From Adineta vaga (Eukaryota; Animalia; Rotifera): a stretch of 64,000 nt of DNA. Under the pieces are notes generated by a model. That model was not told where the DNA came from, searched no databases, and saw nothing but the letters and a program-made list of their open reading frames with translations. The position numbers were made by a program, and so were the translations under genes. Where the stretch lies: assembly GCA_021613535.1 (NCBI GenBank), contig CP075493.1:1426001-1490000 (forward strand), written 5' to 3'. Positions 51,783-63,510 of this stretch are shown here, piece after piece. The first letter of the stretch is position 1, and each line of letters starts with the position of its first letter.

Positions 51783-54700
51783 TTATTGTTTATTATTTTC
51801 ATTCTCTGGGATTATCTTTTTCATCTTCCATTTTCGAATACAATATGCAATTAATTTAACAACTATTGGTACAGTAAATTTTAACACTGTAACTAAACCA
51901 CCAACTAATCCGATCAATGTCGTAATTATATAAATGAGATCATTTCTTGTTTCGTAAGTATAAATACATTTAGATGGTTGACATTTTTTATAATAAATTT
52001 CATATATTGCTTGTACATTCCATTGATCTATCATTAATTTCTCAACAAGATCATTAACTGTTGAATTTACATAATGATCACTTGATAATAATGGATCAAG
52101 AGGTGTTACGATTAATGATGAATTATATGACATGCCAGATTGAATTGTATTTATACAATTTTCATCATATAAACATTCAAGTGTTGATCGAAGTAATGAT
52201 TCAATTATGTAACATCCAGTATAAAAGCCTGGTATTTTGTTTAATTTAATGTCACCAGTTTGATCTAAAGTATAAGCTTGATCGACACATAAAGATGAAT
52301 ACTGACAATTACAGTTATTGTAAAAATATGGTGAATGACTGATTGTATATCCATCAGGTCCAATAAATAATTTATCAGTTGATATTCGTCCAGACATAAG
52401 AGCATTACTTCGAGTTGTTTCACGAATAATTGAAAGGGATGACCAAAAATCATTCATCGTAAATTTTTTAAATTGAGCAATTAATGCTTGATTTTGATAT
52501 TCAAATAAATCAGCAGGTGTTACTGATGCACTTACATATTGATTTGAATAGAATCTATTCAAACTATCGGAAATTATTTTAGCCGCCGAATTGCAAAAAC
52601 CTCTTAAGATATAAAATATATATATGAAACTTATTCGAAAATCCTTAATATGGATAGATGACGGAATGCTTCTCGATAAGTATTCAATCCATTGATCAGA
52701 CACGAACATACTTGAACAAATTTGATGTAATGTATAATTAACATGAACAATATCTTTATAATCAATGGCGATCTTCGTACATGGACATGTTAATGTTTGA
52801 GAATGTGTATGATTAAGATGAGAATATTCTTCAAATGAAGGTGTTGCAATACTAACTGTTTTACTGATAGTAATGATGGATGTGTAAAGAAGAAGAATAG
52901 CTAAAGATAAGATGAATAGAATGATGAATAATCGTGTAGAAATAATTTCATTTCGAAGTTGATGTTGATCAGTTGAAGGTGGAATAGATGGAAATAGATT
53001 GAAATTTTGTAAAAATTGTTTTAATTTGTTGAATAATCTCACAATTCGTTCATATTTGGTTAATACTATAAAACAAAACAAAACAAAACAAGTACATCTC
53101 TGAAATATGGATGAAACAGAATCAAAATTGAATCTTTAGTTCTTATTAATTTCTTTAACTTACCGATTAATGACTGTTCCTGTTGTTGTTGTTGTTGCTG
53201 TTTTTTCTTCCTCACAATCATTACTACAAATGGGACAACAATTTTCAGAACTGTAACTAAACCACCAACTAATCCAATTAATGTTGTTATTATATAAATA
53301 AGAGTATTTCTCGTTTCATAACTATAGATACATTCAGATGGTTGACATTGATTATAATAGTTTTCATACAGAATCGACGAATTCCATATTTCAATCATTA
53401 AGCTTTGAAGAATTTCATCAAAAGTCGAATGAATACGATAATGACTTGGTAGTGATGAATTAAGAGCTTTTACTTCAAATGATCGATACCAAGGCCAAAA
53501 AGATACAAGTATATTAGTACAATTTTGATCATAAAAGCATTGAAGTGTTGATTGTAATGTTGCCTCAAGAACGTAACATCCAGAATAAATACCTGGAACT
53601 GTAAAATTTGGTCTGGGATTTGGAGCATTATAAATATAAGATTTGTCGGTACATTTGGGTGATAATTGACAAGAACAATTAGAATATATCATCGATCGAC
53701 TCACAGCATATATTGATGTTGTTGACTTGACGAACATAAAATTACTGTATACCGAAGTAGCTAAAGCATTACTTTGAGTTGTTTCTCGAATCATAGATAA
53801 TGAAGATAAGAAATTATCAATCATTGAGGATTTAAATTGATCAATTACTATTTTAGTCTGATATTCAAATACATTATTCGGTACAACTAATGCACTAATA
53901 TATTCATTTGAATAGAATCGACTCATGCTATCTGAAATTGTTTCCGTCACCAGTTCGCAAAAGCCTTTAAAAATTTGAAATATTAGCGTAGCTTTTGTTC
54001 GAAAATCTTCAAAAAACACAGCTGGAAGTTTTACAAAATCAATATATGTAATCCATTGATCAGATACGAACATACTTGAACAAATTTGATGTAATGTATA
54101 ATTAACATGAACAATATCTTTATAATCAATGGCGATTTTCGTACATGGACATGTTAATGTTTGAGAATGTGTATGATTAAGATGAGAATATTCTTCAAAT
54201 GAAGGTGTTGCAATACTAACTGTTTTACTGATAGTAATGATGGATGTGTAGAGAAGAAGAATAGCTAAAGATAAGATGAATAGAATGATGAATAATCGTG
54301 TAGAAATAATTTCATTTCGAAGTTGATGTTGATCAGTTGAAGGTGGAATAGATGGAAATAGATTGAAATTTTGTAAAAATTGTTTTAATTTGTTGAATAA
54401 TCTCACAATTCGTTCATATTTGGTCAAATCTAAAAAATAACAAGAAACTATGTTACTAATCGCATTTCTCTTAAAAATCTCAAATTTCTAAATCAATCAG
54501 CTGACGACACTATATTGTTAATACGAAGAATGTCACATCTACTCACTGATTGATGTTTGTTGCTTTTGTCGTCGTTTGCTTCTAGCAATCTTCACCACGA
54601 ATGGGACAACAATTTTCAGAACTGTAACTAAACCACCAACTAATCCAATTAATGTTGTTATTATATAAATAAGAGTATTTCTCGTTTCATAACTATAGAT

Positions 54701-55807
54701 ACATTCAGATGGTTGACATTGATTATAATAGTTTTCATACAGAATCGACGAATTCCATATTTCAATCATTAAGCTTTGAAGAATTTCATCAAAAGTCGAA
54801 TGAATACGATAATGACTTGGTAGTGATGAATCAAGAGCTATCGCTGTGATTGGTGACGGATTTATTATTAGAGACTGTATAGTATTGATACAGTTTTGAT
54901 CATAAAAGCACTCAAATGTTGATTGACGTAATGCTTCGATTGCATAGCAGCCAATATAGAAACTTGGTACTTGAAATAAAATAGTACGATTTGAATAAAG
55001 AATAAATGTAGATTGTAAGACACATGTATACGAAGTCGTGCAAGAGCAATTATAAAATTTTCTATATGCTGGATATAGAACAATAGAATTTCCCCATGAC
55101 TCCAATACATAACCTGTAAACAAACTTGACATCAAAGCATTACCTTGAGTTGTTTTACGAATCATAGATAAAGACGTTAGAAAACTATTAATCACTGACA
55201 ATTGAAATTGTTTAATTATTGTTTGTAGTTGAGATTCAAACAAATAGAGAGATATTACAGATGCACTTACATATTGATTTGAATAAAATCTATTCAAACT
55301 ATCGGAAATTATTTCACGGATCAATCTACAGAAGCCTGTTATGGCTTGGAATGTAAATGAAGCTGTTACTCGAAAATCATAAAAAGAGAGATCAATCGTA
55401 GTATTACGTAATGTAAGAGAGATATATGTAATCCATTGATCAGACACGAACATACTTGAACAAATTTGATGTAATGTATAATTAACATGAACAATATCTT
55501 TATAATCAATGGCGATCTTCGTACATGGACATGTTAATGTTTGAGAATGTGTATGATTAAGATGAGAATATTCTTCAAATGAAGGTGTTGCAATACTAAC
55601 TGTTTTACTGATAGTAATGATGGATGTGTAAAGAAGAAGAATAGCTAAAGATAAGATGAATAGAATGATGAATAATCGTGTAGAAATAATTTCATTTCGA
55701 AGTTGATGTTCATTTGTTATAGATTGCATGGACGGAAATAAATTCAATTTTTGTAGATAAGATTTTAATTTTCTACATAGTTGATTTATTTTCTGACGGA
55801 TAGTCAT
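51783..55807 (-). CDS. Single 3-exon gene (~1269 aa) of three tandem modules, each TM1 - Cys-rich ectodomain - TM2; uncharacterised family
   Basis: Exons 55807-54547, 54429-53164 and 53065-51783, joined by phase-1 introns (A|gtgagt…tttag|AT and G|gtaagt…tatag|TA) that keep the frame open for 3810 nt. Confidence 0.8.
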
Positions 55808-56572
55808 ACCTATAATAAGATATTTAAAAAAGAATTCTTCTTAAATTGATATTGATTTGTTAAAGTTACGTTAACATACTTTCTTTTGCTGAAAAATGAT
55901 ACAAATGTTAACTTAATTATATAAATATTTGGCAGAGAGAAATGGAAATTAGTTTTTACCAATAGAAAATATGTATAGCGATGAGTTATATTGTATGGTA
56001 TAGTAGAAACTTTCCATCGAAACTATTATAGATTGACAATTACACAGTAGAATTTAAAGATGAAATTAATATACGACTTAATGATTTTCTTCTGTATACC
56101 ATAATTTGATATATTATTTTGCTTTTTTGAGTATGTGTACTTCATGAGAAATATATTTTGTCATGTTTCATATAAATACTTTATTGTTTCCATAGAAATT
56201 GCTGTGTTTTTGCTATAACAGTAACATATTAATGAGTTCAGAGAAAATAAAATAGAAAAAGCAATATACTTTGTCTTTTACGGACAAACTTATGCGAACT
56301 GCGCATTTTTTTAAAGACTATCAAAAATTTTAAGGAAAAACAGACGTATTCGTTCTCGGATTGTCTTAGTTATAAATTAATATGTATGTAAATAACAGAG
56401 GAAGAAAAAACCTGTTCAGCAGTGTATGATTTCGAAAATCACATATAAACGCGTGTCTGTGTACAACTGCGTATATAACAACCTTCTGTCATAACTTTTT
56501 CTCCATTTGATTTGATTCGATACAAATGAGATCGTAATGGAATTCTAGTCGATCGTCAGTCAGTATGGTGAC

Positions 56573-56795
56573 ATGAGGGTGTGGGTGTGGGTTTGAAGTA
56601 TCTTTATTGCTTTCTACCTCACCAACACCCAGACCCTATAGATGCACGAGAAGATGGGACAATTAGATATAGCAATTGGATATTATGAAAAGGCTTTGTC
56701 GTATACTGATTCACAACTATCGAGTGATTGATTATGACGGTGAGGGTGTGGGTGAGGTAGAAAGCAATAAAGATACTTCAAACCCACACCCTCAT
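56573..56795. repeat. Inverted repeat of two ~55-bp units, each capped by TGAGGG/TGTGGG hexamers
   Basis: 56574-56630 is the reverse complement of 56741-56794 (core tttgaagtatctttattgctttctacctcacc). Unit 2 is itself bounded by the 13-bp IR TGAGGGTGTGGGT/ACCCACACCCTCA. Confidence 0.9.
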
Positions 56796-56934
56796 TTCAA
56801 AGTATTATTAAATCATTTATTGAAAGAGAAAAGCAAAAAAAAAAGTACTGTTTGTAAATATTCATGGATCTGGTCGCTTGATACTTCTCAAAAAGGCATT
56901 ACCCGTACTTATTTTTCTTCCTACAAGGCTCTTA
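56794..56934 (+). repeat. ~140-bp direct repeat, copy B
   Basis: Matches 51205-51343 and begins exactly at the end of the hexamer-capped unit. Confidence 0.92.
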
Positions 56935-57035
56935 TAGTTGGAATACCTTGTAGACTTTTATCGACATCAATCGAAATATTTATATCCTGCTATCGTCATA
57001 TGCAATCATCAAATAAAATACAGAAGTAAACCGAT

Positions 57036-57200
57036 GCGTAGTTGTTGCGGGAGTAAATCGTTACGGATAAGCTAATAATTGTATTAGACTTCTATGTTGA
57101 CAATCAAGAAATGATATACATTGCTGGCTCTGCTAACAATCGTATTCAAAAACAGTCCAAAGATAATTTCACGGGTACGATCGTTATCAACGGAAGTTTG
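57036..57200 (+). pseudogene. NHL-repeat (beta-propeller) gene fragment
   Basis: VVVAGVN…, FYVDNQEMIYIAGSANNRIQK…GTIV resembles the NHL consensus; interrupted by a stop and frameshift. Confidence 0.55.
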
Positions 57201-57650
57201 TCAGCTGTTCATTCAACATATAGTCGAACACAGATTTGGAGGCAAGATTTTAAAGCTTTAGTTAGCCCTCAACAAATACAAAGAGCTTCAAATGATTCAT
57301 TATACATTTATTCCAATTGGGATTCTCTATTTTAAGAGAAGAATGGATCGAAAATTGAGCATTTTACTTGTCCAAGTTAGTAAATCATGATTTGTCTTGA
57401 ATATGTAAATAGATGAAGATGTGGCTATGAAACATCAGTTGTGAGTTTAATATGTACCATTAAGTTTATATAAGTTTATTTGATTTACTTTAAATTATGA
57501 TGATTTTTGAAAAATGATCTCATCTTGTCTAAACTTCGTAAATACCTATTCTCAATTTAACTAACAATCTCATCGAATAATATCGTCAAATGACAACACA
57601 TTATAACTTATCTTGGCGAATATGTATGATGATTTCTTTTTTCCGTCTTT

Positions 57651-57995
57651 ATGGGTGCCATTTCATCTATATTTTCACGTTCAACGAAAACAAGAAAATG
57701 TAGTACTCAAGAATGTTCTGTTATCACTGATAATACGCCTGTTGGTTATTATAAACCAAGTGCTGTTGAAATGAATTTTACAAAAGAGTGTAATTGGATA
57801 AATTTATATTCTGAAAAGAAGAACGAAAATGAATATTGGGGTTACTATTGTGACAATGTCGGTACAAAACAATCAAAGATTGCTTCAAATCCCGGTGAGA
57901 TTCGTCTGCGATGTACTTCTATTCTCTTTTTTTTTTCATTTCTAAAAAATTTATTCTTAATAATAAACGAGAATGTTTTAAGATTGACATTTTAA
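57651..57995 (+). CDS. Small hypothetical protein, possibly first exon (donor GTGAGA at ~57895), MG-start
   Basis: ATG start, coding-like composition with Cys/Trp/Tyr; no family recognised. Confidence 0.35.
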   Translation: MGAISSIFSRSTKTRKCSTQECSVITDNTPVGYYKPSAVEMNFTKECNWINLYSEKKNENEYWGYYCDNVGTKQSKIASNPGEIRLRCTSILFFFSFLKNLFLIINENVLRLTF

Positions 57996-58583
57996 TAAAG
58001 AAAAGGAAAGGAATGTATGTTCAGAAAAAGTAAATAAATGTTTCATGACCGATTGACCAATGTCTATCATTGGTCGGATTTATTTACCAACTTATAATAG
58101 AGAAATTTCATTCTAAAAGTTGAATCTCTCTATGTTTGCTTAACCCGTAAAAATGAGATTTTTTTCATTTAAAAGGAAAAAGAGATGAAATTACATCGAT
58201 TGAACCGTATACGGATGTATGTGTGTGTGTTTGGAAAAAAAAGATGATTAAAAGTCTGTGTAAAATAAAATGTAATGTCCATAATGTCGGCAGAATGCAA
58301 CGGTATCCTCTCATCTGCCTTGCCTTGTTGGATTAACTGTATATATATATCTCTTTCTCTCATCTCTAATTGTTGACTGAAACGACGAGACAGAAGATTT
58401 TGATATTTCAACCAATTGACCTTGTTCTTTTCGCTAATGATGGTCATCCGGAAGAGAAAAAGGAAAAAAAAGAATTGATAGATATATAAACAACCAATCC
58501 CTCCCACATTTTTCCTTCTTTTTTTCTTTCTCTCTCTCTCTCTCCCTCGTTTCTTCATCATTACCAAGAAGAATCAATCATCA

Positions 58584-59255
58584 ATGAATACAATTCCACC
58601 ACAATCATCATCATCATCATCATCATATTCCAATGATGATCTTTGGTCATCCGCTTCCTATGCACGGCGGTATGCCGCATCGAAACCTCCCTATTCTTAT
58701 ATATCTTTAATCGCTCATGCAATAAATAACTCTCCTGAACGTATGTGCACATTATCACAAATTTATCAATATATTCAAGATCATTATGCATATTATCGAC
58801 AAAATCAACAACGTTGGCAGAATTCGATTCGTCATTCATTATCATTCAATGATTGTTTTGTTAAAGTTCCACGACATGCAGATCGACCAGGTAAAGGTTC
58901 TTATTGGACATTACATCCCGATAGTGGAAATATGTTTGAAAACGGATGTTATCTTCGACGACAAAAACGTTTTAAAATCAAAGATAAAACTTCACTGTCG
59001 TCATCATCTTCATCATCTCCAGACGAATCCGATCTGTCGACGAAAAGAATTGATTCATCTAATTTATCAACGATTTCATCTGAACAATACTTTTATCCAT
59101 ATAAAACGGAATATCCATCTCAAACATACGATTCTAATAATAATGGTTTACACTATGATCCAAATCCTCAATATTTATTTCAACAGATTTTGCCAACAGA
59201 TACATTTCGTCTTGATAATCTTTTCAATTATTATGATCAAACAAATTGTTCATAA
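58584..59255 (+). CDS. foxA: FoxA (forkhead/HNF3) transcription factor, short paralog, intronless
   Basis: [10 protein letters not shown]…[23 protein letters not shown]…[30 protein letters not shown] is FoxA-diagnostic. Confidence 0.93.
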   Translation: MNTIPPQSSSSSSSYSNDDLWSSASYARRYAASKPPYSYISLIAHAINNSPERMCTLSQIYQYIQDHYAYYRQNQQRWQNSIRHSLSFNDCFVKVPRHADRPGKGSYWTLHPDSGNMFENGCYLRRQKRFKIKDKTSLSSSSSSSPDESDLSTKRIDSSNLSTISSEQYFYPYKTEYPSQTYDSNNNGLHYDPNPQYLFQQILPTDTFRLDNLFNYYDQTNCS

Positions 59256-60375
59256 AACATTCCTACAATAATCTATTCTTCGCAGTAATAAAGACTATTT
59301 TATCTGACAGGAACATTTTTTTCATTGATCTTTATATTCTTTTTTTTTCCTTTTTGCTTTCATATTTATCAAACAGGTAATATTAAAAAAATGCACGTTC
59401 AGCAAATATTGAAGATTATTGACGTGCTAAAATGATTAGAAAGAAGAGAATGTCACATTCATTTGTGAATACATGGAATCAAGAGAATTTTCTTTTTTGA
59501 AGAATTAAACGAAGAACTTGTTGATTTTGGTGTCGACTAAGCTTATTCTTTTCTTCCTCTCATGTACATAAGAACATCCTGTTCATAACAAACACAAATT
59601 CATTAATAATAGGGCGTGTATATATCGTTTAGATTAGAGGTAAATGTGAAGAAAAAAAAGTCTATCATCTATCTTTATTTCATTTTTTTGGACATGTCCA
59701 TTTACCAAGAAATAAAAAAAGAATGTTATTTCTTTTTTGACGAATCATATACGAAGATTTTATTTCTTCATAAAAAAAATTGGTCTGTCTTTCTTTTTTT
59801 TACCTTCATTCTCTCCTGATTTACGCAGATAAGAAATCGAGCCCTTCATCTCTCTCTCTCTCTCTGTCCCTCTCTATTGTCGTTTTATTTTTAACTTGAG
59901 CCCGATGCTCCTTGCCAATCTTTGTCACAATGATGAAAGAACATGTTCTCTCAATTTCTTTTTTTTTCTTCATATAAAAAGAGAGAACAAATGATTCGTC
60001 GGTCGAATTCTAATATAAAAAAAATGGGCACATATATATATTAAATGTCGTTGGATAGAAGAGAAAAAGAAAGAGAAGAAAATAGAAGGCAGATTTTTTT
60101 TACGTGAGAGATTCATTTCCGTTTTTTCTTCTCTCTTTTACTCAACGAGGATTCGTCGTCACTCCTTTTTTTGTCTCGCTCTTATCGTTATCATTGCAAG
60201 AAAAAAAAGGCAAGAAACTTGTTTGTATTCGTCTTTAAATACATTCTATCAATCTAGTCATTCGTTTTTCTTCTTTTTCTGAAATATTCAATGACGATTA
60301 GATAAAAAAAAACGAGAGAACAAACTTTCTATATTATCTTAAATACTTATTGACATAAGACGTTCTTTATAAAAT

Positions 60376-61655
60376 ATGCATAAACATCAAACAAGTATCG
60401 GTGATGAATCAACATCATCGTCATCATCGTCATCAAATAATAATGTACAAGAATATAAACCAGAATTAAATGAACTTGTACGTTTCCAACAACAGCAACA
60501 ACAACATCATCATCATCAACAGTTAATAAATCCAATTCTTGATCATCAACAATTAGATTATGTAACACTTGTACCGGTACAATCAGCAATAGCAACAAAA
60601 GTCGAAACGGAATCAGCCACGATGCATTATTATGATAATTCGTCAAATTATATGTTAGCACCTTCAGTATATGATTTAAATCATCCAATAGAAAAAGCAA
60701 ACATTGGTTTAGTTTCATCAATGCAACAATCAACTGCTCCCTCAACAGTTGTATCTAATCGTCGTGGTAATACTCCTTCGAAACCTCCGTATTCTTATAT
60801 TAGTCTGATTACTATGGCTATTCAACATACACCATCACGAATGGTGACATTGAATGATATCTATCAATTTATTATGAGTGTCTTTCCTTATTATCGACAA
60901 AATCAACAACGTTGGCAAAATTCCATTCGTCATTCATTATCATTTAATGATTGTTTTGTTAAGGTTCCACGTGGACCCGATCGTCCCGGTAAAGGTTCTT
61001 ATTGGACATTGCATCCGGAAGCTGGCAATATGTTTGAAAATGGTTGTTATCTTCGACGACAAAAACGTTTTAAATGTACAAGACAAGTAACAAAAAATCG
61101 AACACGTTCCACAAATTCGAATCAACAATCGACATCAGTAACAAATAAACCAGAGCCATCCATGTCATCGGCTGATGAATCGGACAATGACTCAGAAAGT
61201 AGTCAACATGAACAACAGCAACTTCGTATTCGTATGTCAACAACATCAGCTCCAAGACATATATCATTAAATAATTCAACAGTAACAATAAATCATTTTA
61301 CATCACCAATACCAAAATTATTATCAACAAATGAAAATGGTTATCATCAACAACCAACGAATGATGTTCTTTTATCTTCATCATTAAAACAACATGAAAC
61401 ATGTCAATCTGTTCCTCGTTCACCGCAACATCGTCATCAACTTTATTCAAATGAACAGCAACAATTTATTTCAATTCCATCTGCACCCATTTATTTGGAT
61501 CTACAACCATATCCAACTAATTCAATATCAAATGATATGAATTATTTAGAAAATGGTACAACATCACCATCGACAACAACGGCGACAGGAAATGGTTTTG
61601 CAACAAATGAATCATCATCACCTTATTATTATACAACATTTTCATCATCATTAAC

Positions 61656-61690
<35 letters not shown>

Positions 61691-61722
61691 CTATCGATTA
61701 TCAACAACCCGTTCGTCTTTAG
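60376..61722 (+). CDS. foxA: FoxA transcription factor, long paralog, intronless
   Basis: [15 protein letters not shown]…[18 protein letters not shown]; Q/H/S/N low-complexity flanks, (AAT)n near 61658-61689. Confidence 0.95.
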
Positions 61723-63161
61723 AAACGTAATCAAAATTACCTAAGCAATACTGTGATGATAATTATTCAACTAAAATCATGAGAGATATGTCTTTGTGTG
61801 TGTTGATGTTTGTTATGTCTTTATTTTAATTTATTCAGCTATGTACAGTGGTCATTGTACTTTATTTTATCATTTATTTCAGTATAACACCAAATCGTGC
61901 GACGTGTAAACATATCGAGGGTTTAATATTCCTCCTCTTTTCGTATTTAAATCGATAGGGTCTTTACAGAAGCCATTTTCTCTCTCTACCACCACATGGC
62001 ACAAGCAAAAGAAAATGTTTAAATTTTCGTTTTTTTTCTTTTCTTTCTTCGCTTATTGCGATCTATATAAAGCATATACTCGATTCTATTTCACTATCAG
62101 TCGATCGATCGACACTTAGTTGTAAAGAAGACACATGTTACATATACTATAAATCAAATATAAATACTTTTCAAAACTATTAACAGAGCCTATGATGTTC
62201 ACGTTGTTACACACTCTGTAATTTATTGATGATAATTTTCTTTAAAAAACTGAGGCTCATTAAAGGAATAACTCTTTATATTTCTATTTTTATTTCATAG
62301 AAAAAAAAAAGAATACGATGATGTATATGCCTTGGTGATAAGGATCATGAGCTTTTCTCTTCTCATCACTATCGTCGTCATTGTCGTCGCCACTTTTTTA
62401 TGAGATAAGGCTTCACTTTTGCATTGCTCTTGAGAGAAGAGAACAGTTGTTAAGCAAAAGTAATGTTCGTCAGAGCAACCATATCAGTCGAAACATAATA
62501 AAAATAACCTTGGCCACATTTATATCGTTCTGTTCTAAAGAATAGCAAAATCGAGTTAAAACTAAAGTGGATTGATTCAAGTGTGTGCGTATGGTCAAAT
62601 ATATTCCAATATCATATCTTTCTTGTTCTTCAATTCGAAAAGGATTACTTATTTCTTTAGTATCTCTCGTTCTTGTTGCTTTTATGAATGTCATCGAATA
62701 AGTAAATGTGCGGCATATCAATATGCATTTTTGTGATTGTTTGCGTAATGATTTATGAGGATTAATTTAACTGAAGTATTCGAATGACGATGGTTAAAAC
62801 CAAAACGAAATATTTCACAATAATCAATTAAGAAAATAAAACTATTGTTTCCTTTAATTAAAATTCGATAAAATCTAACGATTAGATGATATTTTTATTG
62901 CTAATGATCATAGAGAATTACGAATCACTGCTTGTTAATATAGATAAAAGTATTCCTTTGTATGTTAGAATAAAGAAAATAAGTTGATCAATTCTTTGAA
63001 TCTATGTATTTCATCATTTATTTACATCTCTTTCTATAAATATTATATATTTCCAAACGTTATTTCATCACATACTATGGTCATTCTGATTGAACATAAC
63101 CGTCGATGAAGTGTATTTGATCGATCTTTTCTGCTGATCAGCAACAAAATATTTATTGTGT

Positions 63162-63510
63162 TTATATAATTTCATGTTCAATTAAATGTTTCAATAGTTT
63201 TTGATTTCTCTGTAATTGTAATACATTCAAAAAATCTTGTCCATCGTTATTCTTCTATTTCGTACATCAGAATCATCTTAGGCAAATATTTCAAAATAGC
63301 AAATCGATATTTTTTGACTAAGTTTTCCAATGCACATTTAATCAAATATTTTTCATACTCATTCCATGGTTGATATTGAAATAAAGAGTATTTATCTTCG
63401 ATGATTTCCACAATTTTTGATTGAACCATTTGAACAATATGTTATTGTTGATTTCGTCAATCGTTCCCGGTATATCAAACATGATTAATTCGATATAATC
63501 AATTTAGTGA
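63162..63510 (-). pseudogene. Deleted, frameshifted third copy of the F-box/ankyrin family
   Basis: Minus strand MFDI…, QPWNEYEK…LENLVKK match paralog 2. The 3' end (gatggacaagatttt…ttacagagaaatcaaaaactattgaaacatttaattgaacatgaaattatataa) closely matches 23050-23132. Confidence 0.85.

Noticed and set aside
51783-55807. Three independent tandem genes, as the ORF track suggests
   Set aside because: ORFs 2 and 3 lack ATG starts at the module boundary, and canonical phase-matched splice sites join all three.
58561-61288. Overlapping alternative-frame and antisense ORFs in the FoxA genes
   Set aside because: By-products of TCA/CAA-rich codon usage; no domain signal.
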